From Epithemia pelagica (Eukaryota; Protista; Bacillariophyta), in assembly GCA_946965045.2 (NCBI GenBank), contig OX337236.1, positions 1,612,001 through 1,676,000 on the forward strand: a DNA stretch of 64,000 bases, written 5' to 3'. The position numbers and the translations under genes are program-made. Positions within the stretch are counted from its first letter, which is position 1; every line of letters begins with the position of its first letter. The notes below the pieces were generated by a model, which was given only the letters and a program-made list of their open reading frames with translations, was not told the DNA's origin and did no database searches. Below, piece after piece: positions 21,465-33,636 of this stretch.

Positions 21465-22403
21465 CTAGTCATCTTCCACTTCGATCTGAAACACTTTCGC
21501 CTCACCATTTTCAATCTTCATCTGAACCAGATTCACCACTGCTCCAAACCCCTTGTGATGCCCATCCAGATCTCCTTTGTATTTCTCCTTTAAGATATTG
21601 TAATGTTTCAGTAAATTGTTGACAGTTTCATGTCTCGCCCTGGCATCAGCCATCATCTTGTCTTGATAGTCATTTCTTCCAGTAGGTGTGACAAAGTAGC
21701 ATCCAGAATCGTTGTAACCACCATCAGCAATCACTTTCTCATTCGGTAGTAGCTCTTGAACAAGCCAGTCTCTGGCAATCCGTAGGTCTGGCCAAGCGCC
21801 ACAAGGGAATGCACCATTCCACCACACTATCCAGCCAGTTTTCAGGCAGATTCCCACCTCATACCTCACACCTGCTCCCTTAAACTTGTGCGAGTACCAT
21901 TTTGGATCAAAAGGTGACGGCTCCAAAATCCTGAAGTCAGTACCATCCAAACTAATGAAACAGACCTGTCCAGGTACACAACAATCAAACCTATTGTCCC
22001 ATACAATCTGTTATAAGAACAACAGCAATGGTCAGATATGAGGAGGACAACTTCATGGCAAATTCATGTAGGGCCATGTACTTACATAATGAAGACCACT
22101 ATACAACAAATCTACAAACACTTTGACCCACTTCCTGAAGGTCTTCCTCGTTGTTTTGCCAATTGAGACCATAACATCCTCTGTAGCATAGACTTTCAGA
22201 AAAGCCAGTGTCCACAACAAATGACGAGGCGATGCACCTTTGGGCAATGAACTGTCCAGTTCATCCCACACATGAACACAGAGCAAAGGAGACATTCCAA
22301 AGTAAGAGCAAAAAGCACGTGAGAAATCAAGTGAATGTGAGTGTCTTGCTCTACCAAGCATTGGCAGAGCCGAGTTAATGAATGTTCGTTGTGTCACCAA
22401 CAT
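21465..22403 (-). CDS. Harbinger-like DDE transposase, ~286 aa; intron 22008-22085
   Basis: 'ISLDGTDFRILEP...WYSHKFKGAGVRYEVG', 'WPDLRIAR', 'VIADGGY' and 'RARHETVN'. The 78-nt GTAAG...CAG intron joins the two ORFs in frame. Confidence 0.85.
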
Positions 22404-22740
22404 GGTGGGAGAAAATCGCTTTGGAAAATTTATGTGTGCTCAGTTTGTGTCGCGATGCTGACCACACCTTCACTCTGATCTCGGTCTGTCTCTGTGTAGT
22501 ACTGTCAGTTCATTGGAACAGGTTTTTTGAAATTTCATCACGTTCATTTGATTGGCTGGTCAGTTGAGCAGTGAGACTAAACTTTGTACTGTTCTACATA
22601 TAGTGACTCATTCGAATTCGTGTCGGTCATTGGAACCGGCCTGGAACGGGGCAGAAATCGATTCAAAAATCGTTTTCATTCAAAAACTGGAATTTCTGAA
22701 GGGCCCTACCTCGCCAACATCCTATTCCTTTCTACATCTT

Positions 22741-22965
22741 AAGCGACCCACATATTGCCCTTATCTTGGGTTAACTGTGGGTCGCTTGATTATATAATTT
22801 GAACCACTAGAAAGTGTCCTGGGTCGGTTTTGAAAAAACGACCTGGCTCGAAAAAAACGACCCAGCTCGTTTTTTTAAAACCGACCCAGGACACCTTATA
22901 AGTGCCCAATTCATTTGGACAAACGACCCACGGTTGACCCAAGGCAAGGGCAATACGTGGGTCGC
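22741..22965. repeat. Symmetric nested palindrome (hairpin A - spacer - hairpin B - spacer - inverted hairpin A')
   Basis: A (22741-22787) is the near reverse complement of A' (22921-22965). B (22814-22894) is self-complementary. Both spacers are 26 nt. Confidence 0.9.
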
Positions 22966-23158
22966 ACTACTTTCAGAATTGGAGCCAAATTGGGCATGGC
23001 CTCCTCGATTGAAAAATGGAGTCCATGATGAAAACCGACCCAGTTTGGATTTTGGTGAACTGTTTTTAGGGTCATAATTAGTTTTCGTGCGAACAGACCA
23101 GTCTGGTTTTGCACTCCCTCGCGCTACAGTTTTAGGTACTAATAGTACCTATACTCCG

Positions 23159-24230
23159 ATGACCAGGTCTGGCCGCAACACTTTGGGCGAGGGTGCCCTG
23201 CTTTCGTGGGATTCAAAGTCGAAAGATGCCGAATTCCTTGACAAAATCGTGTCAGAAGGCTTGATCCTGGAGAGCGCCACACCCAAATCTGTGTGGTTGG
23301 AACATGTTGTTTTCCAAAAGTACAAATTGCAATCATTCAGGTCGGCCCTCAACAAAGCCAAAAAAAATATCAAGTCCACTTGAAGGATCAACATGAGAGA
23401 GAGACTGGTCATGAGTTGTTGGGTGGTGGTGAGACGGCCCCATCTATGGGTGGAAAGGTAAGGAACCCCAATGATGGAGATCTCAAACCAGCTCCTTCTT
23501 TGTTTGGGTCGTCCAAAGGACAAGGTAAGTGCCAGTGTACACTGTTTGTTTGATTGTTGAGTCACTGTCCTTACCTGTGGTGGTTTATTGTCTTTTATGA
23601 CCAGGTGTTGCTGCCAAGGTCGCTCCTGAGTCTGTTGTCAGTGATGATGCTATGGTGAAGAAAAGGGCGGCAGGATCCATGCCATTACAGGAGACACTAC
23701 AGGTACAACTACAACAAAAGAGGAAAAAGACAAATGAAGAAGACAGTGGTAATGACATGATGAGGAATTGGGAGCCTCCTCATGTCTTGACACAGTGGGT
23801 CGACGACAAGAAACAGCGTCATTTGGTGATTTTGGTGGTGTTGCCTACAGGTATTGCACATGAAGACACAACAAATTGCTTGATTGAAGTGGATCCAAGC
23901 CAGCTACAGGTACATGTGAAGGTAATTTGGCCTGACAACGCAACTCATATCCAGTATCTAACCCAACACATGCACAGAGAGTGGCATGTCGAGGAGAAAA
24001 ACCTACGAATGAAACTTGCTTTGGAAGACGCCATGAATCAGATGCGAAAAAGAGAAACAGACTTTGTCAGGTCAAAGTTTTCTCTGACTCTTCCTTTCAT
24101 GGTCCAAAGCAGGTTCGACTACAAATTTATGTGCAACACAACAAACGGATTCAGAGCGTTGTTGATTTCCTTACATGAGCCGGACGCCAAGTTTGAAGGC
24201 GGCATGAAACACAAGATGGTGCGTCTGTAA
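23159..24230 (+). CDS. Transposon partner protein, frameshifted in an A8 run (23360-23367); intron 23525-23604
   Basis: Helical N-terminal domain 'WDSKSKDAEFL...YKLQSFRSALNKAKK'. One extra A restores the frame. The GTAAGT...CAG intron joins in frame to ORF 23652-24230. Confidence 0.65.
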
Positions 24231-25769
24231 ATAAATGTAGTATGATTTGGGGCGGTTGCAAAAACCGGGTGGTGGTGGGCCTAAATCTTTCTATTAGTTC
24301 TCTATTTGTCCATGTTCATAGTTTATGCTATAGTACATCGATTAAGCGTTCTGGTCGTGTTCCGCTTTGTAGTCAGACTTTGCCTGGCATGACAGCGAGC
24401 TGCTCAGGATTACCCCAGCTCCCGGTCGAGTTATTCAGGATTTTCTGGATTTCTGGATTCAGGCAAATATCTGGTCTACCTGACAATTTGGCACCGCGAT
24501 AGCCCGTACCAAAATGTTTTTACACGAGCTATCACGTGAATTGACACGTAACTTCTCACTATAACACTATTTAATCGGATTTCTTCCCTATTCATTGTCT
24601 TTCATGTCCTTCATGGCTTTCTCAATAGACAGGATCAAGTTCTTCTTGTTCATACTGCTGGTTCCCTCGGAGTCGAGATAGATGCCAGTCCTTCTGGACA
24701 AGACACAGCGAGAATAGGGTTTAGCATGATGTACACGATGTGTGCTGATAATGATACTGTTGGAGCTGAAGGTAGACATTGCATGTTGACAACAATGAAG
24801 TTGTTGGGTATACACTATGCATTCATGTTACCTTGATGGATGCTGACTTTGTCATTGTCACGTTTCTTGCTAGGAGTAGACTGCACCGAGACTGTGTGTG
24901 GGCAGGTAGCTGAGTTAGACTACCAATTTCCTTCATCCATTTGGCGACAAAAACACATTTTGAAGTGCCCAATCGACAGATCTCGTTCTGGGCTTTTGAA
25001 TGACACCTCAAATTCCAAAATTGGTTAAGTAGAAGTTAAGTTATAAATTGTCAAAGTTTTCTACGGTGGCATCGCGGTGACCCCAGAATTCCGCCCACCA
25101 AATTTAGTCAGGCTGCCAAATTAGTCAGGTTGCCTCTACACATGAACCGATTTGTTGTCTTCAAAAAATGGGATGACGTGGCGTTTCCCAAGAAATTTTC
25201 TCCCACGAGAATCGGTCGCGTTTCGTGTATCCCCCAGTTTGGGGGATCCTTCTCTACCCAGGCTACAATATAACTACGCGCCGCACTATCTTTCATCCTC
25301 CCCTTCCTCTAGGAGTATAGGAGCAGTAGCTTGTTACTCCTACAACTAAAACTAGGAGGAGATGCAACATGAACGAAGAGAATGGACTCGAATGGACTCA
25401 CAGCGTCTTCTGGTGCGCTAGAGAGGAATGGTCAAAACTAGTTTGGTCGAAAAGTTCGCTTATGACCGCACGATGACGACGGTTGGCTGATTGCCGAAAT
25501 CATTTCGCTGGATTAACCTGTCCAGATGATCTTTGAAGTCGTCAATCAAAGAACTCGAACAATCGTGGTATACGTATTGAGATTTCCACAGTGGTCGAAG
25601 AAACGCACCACTGCGAGTCAGGCGCTAATACTAATCGCATTCGTAGCATTGTCGTGTACATTGTTCTCGTCTCCGTATCCACAAAAAATGAATGAGAAAG
25701 AACAACAAACAAAGTTGGCCGTCATCAGAGTCAAGTCCACCCGATGGGTTCTGTACCTCATTTGCGCCC

Positions 25770-27308
25770 CTACATGGCATTTCCATGAACCCTTGCCTTC
25801 CATCGAAAGTAGTGTTCAGATTTCCTTCCATACATGATGGCGAGCTGCTTGTGTCGGTCAAATTGATGGACAACCGGGCTGAAACATTCAGAACAAGACC
25901 GTCTTTTGTTAGGAATTATTTTCGCGGCGGATCCTTTTTTTCATAAAGATTCTTACCTAACGGTCCCATCCCAATTCAATATTGTAGAATGTTGGTCATT
26001 GATAATTTTGCCATTGCCCCATTCGTTCAATTCTTTGTACCGTAACACAGCCAAGTTGTTTATAATGCCAGCTCCCTGATCAAAGACCACAACCGAATGT
26101 ATTTTGTCCGCGTTTTTTAGTTTGTTGCTGTAGTACAATCGAATGTGAAACCCTTGGTCGCTTCCCTTGAGAATGGTCCCCGTCTCGTCGGCTTCGGCTA
26201 CCATGGCCCTCAAGTACGTTTCCACTGCGATTGTTTCACCCATGGTAGAACCCGAACACAAAATGGGCTTGTCGCGAATGGAATTTGCAGTCTTTTCCCC
26301 ATAGGCAGCACTGATCCAACGATAATTAAACCTCAAGGACTTGATGATGCGAGAAGCATCCATATTCTCTCCAAACAAGTACAACACTCCAGATTTCCCA
26401 CTTGGATCCGTTTTTCGTGGAACGTCGGCAAAAGGATTGGTTTGAAAGACGGTATCACGGGAATCGACCAACATGATCCAACTGTCGGAACTATAGGCAT
26501 TGGCCATGACCCAATAGGTCTCGTATCGAATGTTTTGAAGAGTTCGCGGTTCTCGTGGATCATCAAGCAACTCTATATCTCCAGTTTCGGGATTGCGTCG
26601 CCCATAGAGCCCGTGCAACTTGCATTTGAGGATTCCTCCATTCGCGGAGGCGACTTGCTGGTCTCCACCCGTAAAACAAACCTGACGTGGAGTATAGACG
26701 ACAACACCACGGCCATTTGCGTAGTAACTTAAATATTCATAGACCTGAGCATTTTTCAAATCACTTTCATTGACCGAGAGCACAATATCACCGTCATATC
26801 CAGTTTGAACTAGAGATTCAATAAACCGTGCATAAACATCCACATTGTATTGAGCCGCCAAAAGTAGGACAGCATCCTTCTCGGGTCGATGCTGTCCCAA
26901 AGCGGGCTTCAATGTCACGACAATATCGTCATTCCAGGATTTCTTGGCCTTGTCCGTGGGTTTCGGAAATGATGAAGGACCAACTACTTCGATTTCGGGG
27001 GAACGAGCAAATTCTTGTAAGTGTTCGGGTATTACTTTGTCCACGTACGGGTCAGTTTTTCTTGTAGATCTGTTGTTGGACTCCTCTAAGCGACGATGTG
27101 GCGGTGGCTTTTGCAGCCCATCGATAGTTGCCTCTTTATCTGAAACGATTATAGAATCCACTGCGGTGAGCCCATCGTTTGTGTCAGTGCTCCCTTGATT
27201 CAACACTGCAGGTACGACAAGGATCCAACCGATCGATAGCGCCGCTATTAAACGAATTACCACGGTCACCGAGCCTCTATGAGAACCCAGTGTCATATTC
27301 GACCTCAT
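25770..27308 (-). CDS. GT-A-like diatom protein, paralogue of 625-2412; intron 25879-25956
   Basis: Shared motifs (GQHRPEKDA, LVDSRDTVFQTNPF, LCSGSTMG, DQGFH). Splicing restores the conserved 'SPVVHQFDR'. Confidence 0.78.
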
Positions 27309-27871
27309 GATAGCTGTCGAAAAGATAAAGGAGCAAGGATGAATATTTTAGGCGAGCCACTGTCGGACAATCACATGATGATCCTCGATAACAACATGTT
27401 CTGTGATTGTTATGATGGATCTGGACTGTGCCCTGCACCTGGCCCTTTATCTGCCCTGCCTTTGATGCAGTGCCTTTCTCTGCAATGGATAAAAAATACT
27501 TAATAAAAACTGAACTTGAACTTTTAATTTGACAGGGAGAAGATGAAGGGTCATTTTCCAGTATTTAGTGTAACTACACTAAACCGTAGGGAAACGTCAC
27601 GATGAAATGGTTGGGACGGATCAACAACTTCCTTCACCAAATCAATCAGCCCGTTTCCGACAAAGAACGCTTCGACCTTCGACCACCATCACAATTGGTT
27701 TATTTTTGGCTGGAGCCAGATTCGCAAGAACCAAAGACTCCAAACCAAGTCGCATGTAAGATTTGACGACGGATTGTCATTCGAATTAGAGGGACGGTAA
27801 ACTGATTCGCCTGAAAGGGTCACAATTACCTTTGTGCAGTTTTGGACATTGGCAAGACCTAGACAATCACC

Positions 27872-30800
27872 ATGAATGTGGCCAAACAGACACTCAAACC
27901 CTTGACCTGGTTGTTTGAATCTGGCGTGGAGAATGAGGATGATCTCTCGGAAAGTTCTGAAAGTGTGTTTGACTTTCTTGACGAGGATGAGGAAAAGGAG
28001 AATTCTGGTGACTTGTTGGCGACTCGAGTGAATCGCGGAGTCAGCATTTGGCGGTCGTTGGTTCTATTGATGCTGCTGGCCGCCGGTGCCACCACCTCCA
28101 TCTTGGCCTTTTATATATTGAGAGATGAAGAAGACGAAGACTTTGAAGTTAGCGTGAGTGCAATCTTTGTGGGTGGGCTGCAGGGTTTACGTCCCAGTCA
28201 TCTCACGTGACCGAAATCGTTGCTGTTTGTTACATCACAATACATATAATCGTCTAATTGTCCCGATTGTCGTGATGATTAACGTTGTTGGTGTTGGATT
28301 TTCTTGTCCTTTTTGTGCAGTACGATTTGCTAGTACGAAATATTGAAGATGCTGGAGCAGCTAGCGTCATCAACACGGAACGCGTCTTTGCATCACTCAG
28401 CGAAGCCATTTCGGCTCACGCCATGAAAAATAATGAAACCTTTCCGTTTGTCACATTACCTGGATTTGAACTCTTTGCATCCTATGCACGACAACTATCT
28501 GGGATTGAAATGTTGGCGTATACACCTTTAGTTCAAGACCATCAAATGGCAGACTGGATCAAATACTCGATGGAGAACCAAGGATGGCTCGAAGAAAGTC
28601 GCGAAATGACGCAGCGTGAAAACACGGCAGAAGGACTATTTACTACCACCTCCTATGAACAAGGCGACATTCCGCCTCTCATTTACGAACGCAATGACAA
28701 TGGACAAGAGGTCCCCTCTAAAACACCACCTTACCTTCCCATTTGGCAGGAAGCCGATCACGATTGCTGTGTTACTGAAACAAAAGACGCGTGGGTTTCT
28801 TACTCCTATCTCATCGATTGCTTCGTTGTTGAAGACGTCTCCCCCTCCCTTTCGGCCCCAATTTATCAACGCCAACATGATGTCCCTGCCATTCGTACCC
28901 AGACTCTTTCAGGTCGTTCAGCAAACTCGCACTAGCTGGTTGACTGAAGTCATGGATCTCTCCCGTTTGGGCAGAGCAGCAATCAACATGGCGGATCATG
29001 ATGCCTTTCATGCCAGATTCTGTCCGGACGACGCATCAACAACGGAACCGTTTAATTCTTTTTCGCACCCGCATTGTATGTATGAATTTCCAGTCTTTAA
29101 GGTGCCAGCAGACGTGAATTCTCCATTGGTCGGTTTGATTCATGGAGTCTTGCCTTGGGACTATTACTTGCTAAACCTTCTTCCGTAAGTGCATGGATAA
29201 GGCCATTGTGTTTGTTTTCGTTTGTTTTGTGATTTGCTTACCCATAGCTTGAATCCGTTACAGTGATGGAGCTGGGACTATCTATGCCGTTTTGGAAAAC
29301 TCAAGAAACCAAACGTTCACATATGTTATGAATGGAACATCGGTAAGTCAACTGAATGGAGGAATGAGAAGCCAACAAAATGGGATCCTGATTCTAACTT
29401 CTGGTTCGTCAACTCCGTCCAAAGGCAATTTACCTGGGACCAGGAGATCAACACGACCGAAACTACAACCACATGAGGAGAACATTTGGTGTCACATGGC
29501 CTGATTGGGTTCCCATGTCGTTTGCTTCACAGGTTGGTCTCTATCGGTATCAGTTTTACCCCTCAAAGGATCTACATAACAACTACCGTACGAGTCTTCC
29601 AATCGTCATGGCAATTGTGGTGGCAGCCACATTCTCAGCCGTTGCGATAACCTTCTTCATGTACGATCGATTTGTCCGATCAAGGAACGTGAAAGTTGTA
29701 AAGGCAGCAGTCCGTTCCAATCCCATCGTTGCATCTCTTTTTCCCTCAACTGTACGCGATCGATTGCTTGCAGAAGAAGAGGAAGCAGAAAAGAGAGAAA
29801 CAGACCAACAGAACGGTACCCAAACTCGTCTGAAGAAATTCTTGGCGAGCGACGCTCCAACATCAGGAGACATGGAAACTGAGGATATAATACAACCGAT
29901 CGCTGATCTCTTTCCCGAAACCAGTATTTTGTTTGCCGATATTGCAGGCTTTACGGCATGGAGTTCTGCTCGGGAACCGAGTCAAGTTTTCACTTTGTTG
30001 GAAACAGTTTATAAGTCATTTGATGAGTAAGTCAGGTCAATGAATGTAATACACACCGAGAAGCGATGGCCTAATTTTCGATGGTATTCCTTTTGTGCAG
30101 AGTTGCGAAAAGACGAAGGGTTTTCAAAGTCGAAACTGTGGGGGACTGCTACGTCGCAGCTACTGGTCTCCCGGAGCCTCGTGGAGATCATGCCGTGGCC
30201 ATGGCCCGTTTTGCCAAAGACTGTATGGTTAAGATGCAGTGTCTCTCGCGAAGGTTAGAAGTCACTCTTGGACCGGATACTGCTGATCTTGCTATGCGTA
30301 TGGGAATCCACTCAGGCCCTGTAACGGCGGGGGTTCTTCGGGGCGAAAGATCACGATTTCAATTATTCGGGGATACGATGAATACAGCGTCGACAATGGA
30401 ATCTATGGGTATGAGGGACAGGATCCAGGTTTCACAAGAAACGGCAGATATGCTTGTCGCGGCCGGAAAGCGGTCTTGGATTGTTCCCATCTCGCCCAAA
30501 GGTAAGGGCCCGATGAGAACTTTCTGGCTTGAAGTTGGACGAAAAGGAAATACGGAACCTACAAACAGCAGAGCTTCGTCAAAGAGCATTAGCGCGGACA
30601 TATCTCTTTCGTCCGATGACAACACGGAAGCGCCGGGTTATGACGAAGACCGTATTGCCGCATCGTCTTCTGCAAAGATTGCTCGACTAATTGACTGGAA
30701 TGTTGATGTTCTTCTTCGTATTCTCAAGTCAATTGTTGCTCGACGCCGGGCCCGTGGTCACGTCAAAAGTGACCGTGTGCCAGACGAAAATTTCTCCAGA

Positions 30801-31993
30801 AAAGAAGGGCAAACAATACTAGACGAAGTGGAAGAACGAATAGCTTTGCCTGAATTTGATTCCGCTGTTGCAAAGAGACAACTCTCCCCGGAGCAAATCG
30901 AACTTGATCCAGCAATTCAAGCTCAACTCTATGAGTACGTGGCTGCCATTGCAGCTATGTATCGTGACAATCCTTTTCACAACTTTGAGCATGCGAGCCA
31001 TGTTACCATGTCCGTGTCCAAGTTACTTTCTCGAATCATTGCTCCGACAGATCTTGATTTCCAGAGTGCTGCGGCAAAGAATAAAAGACTTCATGACCAC
31101 ACATATGGTATCACGTCGGATCCCTTGACTCAGTTTGCCTGTGTTCTATCTGCACTTGTTCACGATGTAGATCACACCGGTGTTCCAAACACTCAGCTTG
31201 TAAAAGAGGATGTTCGCGTTGCAAACTTTTACAAAGGACGTAGTGTTGCGGAGCAAAACTCTGTCGACGTTGCTTGGGATCTTTTGTTTGAGGAAAATTA
31301 TTCTGTTCTAAGGCAAACGATCTATACCACCAATGAAGACTTGCAAAGATTCAGAAAGCTTGTTGTGAACTCTGTGATGGCGACAGATATTATGGACAAA
31401 GAGATGAAGGATCTGCGGAATGCGCGGTGGGACCTTACCTTCTCAGAGCGTGCGACAGACGATCCTTTGGCAACAATACAGCGAAAGGCAACAATTGTAA
31501 TTGAGCATCTCATCCAAGCGTCGGACGTGGCTCATACAATGCAGCATTGGTACGTACTTGTGATCCTTCCGGAAGAGCAGAAAAACGGTGTCTGACGTGA
31601 ATGACAACGTTGTTCAGGCATATTTACAGGAAATGGAATGGTCGTCTTTTTGATGAGATGTACAAAGCATATCGACAGGGTCGTGCAGAGAAGGATCCAG
31701 CCGAGTTCTGGTACAAGGGAGAAATAGGTTTCTTCGACTTCTACATTATACCATTAGCCAAAAAGCTGAAAGACTGCGGTGTCTTTGGAGTATCGAGTGA
31801 CGAGTACCTCAACAACGCCGAACTCAACAGAAAGGAATGGGAAGCCAGGGGCCAACAAATTGTGAGCGAGTTGTCGGAGCATGCGAGAAGTACATACAAT
31901 GCTGCATCCGAGCCACCTCCATCACCCACATCGCGTTCACCACGACATATGGAGTTGACTATCAGCAAGAACATGGAATCTGCCTTCACATAA
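27872..31993 (+). CDS. Receptor-type guanylate cyclase-phosphodiesterase fusion, copy 1 (degenerate features)
   Basis: TM-sensor-TM-cyclase (FADIAGFT, VETVGD, RFQLFGD)-PDE (FHNFEHA, HDVDH, QASD). Introns 28154-28320, 28750-28834 (GA instead of GT donor), 29185-29263, 29343-29424, 30027-30100 and 31550-31617. Confidence 0.8.
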
Positions 31994-32575
31994 GCTAGTT
32001 CTTGTTGTCGTTCGACAAAAAGGTCGAGCCATGCTTTACCATCAAAATATTGGCAAATACCATGGTTTAGAGGATTTTACACCGGACTCTGTTTCTGGTG
32101 TTACAAAAGAAGATTCATAAACAGTTCATTTCCACAAATATATCACTAGCATTAATTCAATTTGCCACTGTAGTGATCCCGCGGTTGTGAAGGGCCAGCT
32201 AGCCCTGAACAAATCAAACTTGACCCTGGAGTTGAAGCTCAGCTTTAGATCTATTGTTTGTGTAGACGAACTTTTGGTTGTTCTGAGCTCCCTCCTGCTT
32301 TTCCGTGGTTCAAATGCGTCTTCGTCATTAAGCTGAAAGCAACAAACTACACAAGAGGAGAATACAGATATCTTCTCCAAACTTAAGCAGCATAATAGGA
32401 GTAATTCGCCATCTAAATGCGACTATTTACCGCGGGGAAGTACTACTCCCAGGAAAGCATAAACAATAAACACGGATGTCGTACAGACAGCCCCGTCCTT
32501 TTGTGCTGTGCTCTCATCGTAGCAATTTCCAAGAACAGTCGACAGAACGGAAGAATCGCCCCTGCTATACCCAAC

Positions 32576-32914
32576 ATGATCTCCGTGAGTCAACTATTCA
32601 TGGTTATCGGCATCATAATGGTGTTGCATTCCGCATACAGCTGCCTCCACTACCGGGAGCTGCTCCGCGACTTGGAAGAATCAGGTTTCGAAGACGCTGC
32701 GGCGGTAGAGTCTCTCCCATTGCCACCCATGGATGTGATTGTGGAAGTGATTACCGGGGCGTTGCTTATTCTCATCTCTGAGTTGGTACGGACCGGGTCG
32801 TCGTTGCAGCCCGTAACAAGCAAAGGAGGATTTCGCACACGTCCAGTCGTTGCTCCGGCCTATCGGACGCGAGAATTCGATACTTACACTTCGAGAGCCC
32901 GCGCGTTCCAGTAG
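32576..32914 (+). CDS. EMC5: ER membrane complex subunit 5 / membrane magnesium transporter
   Basis: 'GIIMVLHSAYS..HYR', 'LPPMDVIVEVITG' and 'FD.Y.SR'; 112 aa with two TM segments. Confidence 0.85.
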   Translation: MISVSQLFMVIGIIMVLHSAYSCLHYRELLRDLEESGFEDAAAVESLPLPPMDVIVEVITGALLILISELVRTGSSLQPVTSKGGFRTRPVVAPAYRTREFDTYTSRARAFQ

Positions 32915-33636
32915 CGCCTTTGAAAAAGACGTAAACCTTTTGTCCTGCGGAATGTTGTGAAAACAAATATCCAGATGATGGGAGTTGTTGTGAGGGATTG
33001 CTACGAAGTCAAGGAACGTTTCTGGTACAACTAAGGAGAACCACTGGGACGGGAACTTCTTTAGGTTTCAGACATGTCTATACGAGTAGACCTCCAATGC
33101 CTTGGCCCCTACTCATAGTGAAAACTAAAAAATATTTCCCCATTTTTAAGCACTATGGAAGATCCGGACTCAATAGAGTACTGCATCTAGTACACAGTCT
33201 ATGTGTACTGACGGCCGTTCGTAATCGTTCGAGCCGAAAGACCGAGACCAACAATTCCGGCACATATTAGGAATGCTGGGAATAAAGCAATAACGAGTGC
33301 AGCAAGTCAGACATGTTTTTGATGCACTGGTAAGTGAACTCTGGAACGAGATCCTCCGAGTATGTTGGAAGTTCACTTTCACGGAGCTTGTGAAGCTCTG
33401 TCAGTCGAAAGATGGTAAATTAACACTTTTCTTCACTGGAATCGCAAACACTTTCAACGTCTAACCCTCACTCACCATAACAAATATGTATTCCATGGCC
33501 GTCCGATTGGCGAAAGAACGCACCAGTAAATTGCTTGGGAAAAGCAACAGAGACCAAATGTTCCCACTCTTCTTAGTGAGGCTTTATAGGCCCTGTTCAA
33601 CAAAAACCAGCCAATCCACGGTCCCAGGCTGACCGC

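Larger units (their letters stand above)
21290..24416. mobile_element. PHIS-group (PIF/Harbinger-related) DNA transposon with two divergent genes
   Basis: 23-bp TIR GGGGTAATCCTGAGCAG(G/C)TCGCT at 21290-21312 and 24394-24416 with one mismatch, continuing degenerately to ~46 bp. Encloses a DDE_Tnp_4-like transposase and a partner gene. Confidence 0.85.

Noticed and set aside
24540-25060. Minus-strand coding remnant
   Set aside because: Multiple stops in all frames; cannot assign a family.
27564-27583. 9-bp-stem palindrome TTTAGTGTA-AC-TACACTAAA upstream of GC/PDE copy 1
   Set aside because: Single short occurrence that could arise by chance.
32417-32575. Upstream in-frame ATG extending EMC5 to 165 aa
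   Set aside because: The extension has no EMC5 similarity; the family normally starts just before the first TM segment.
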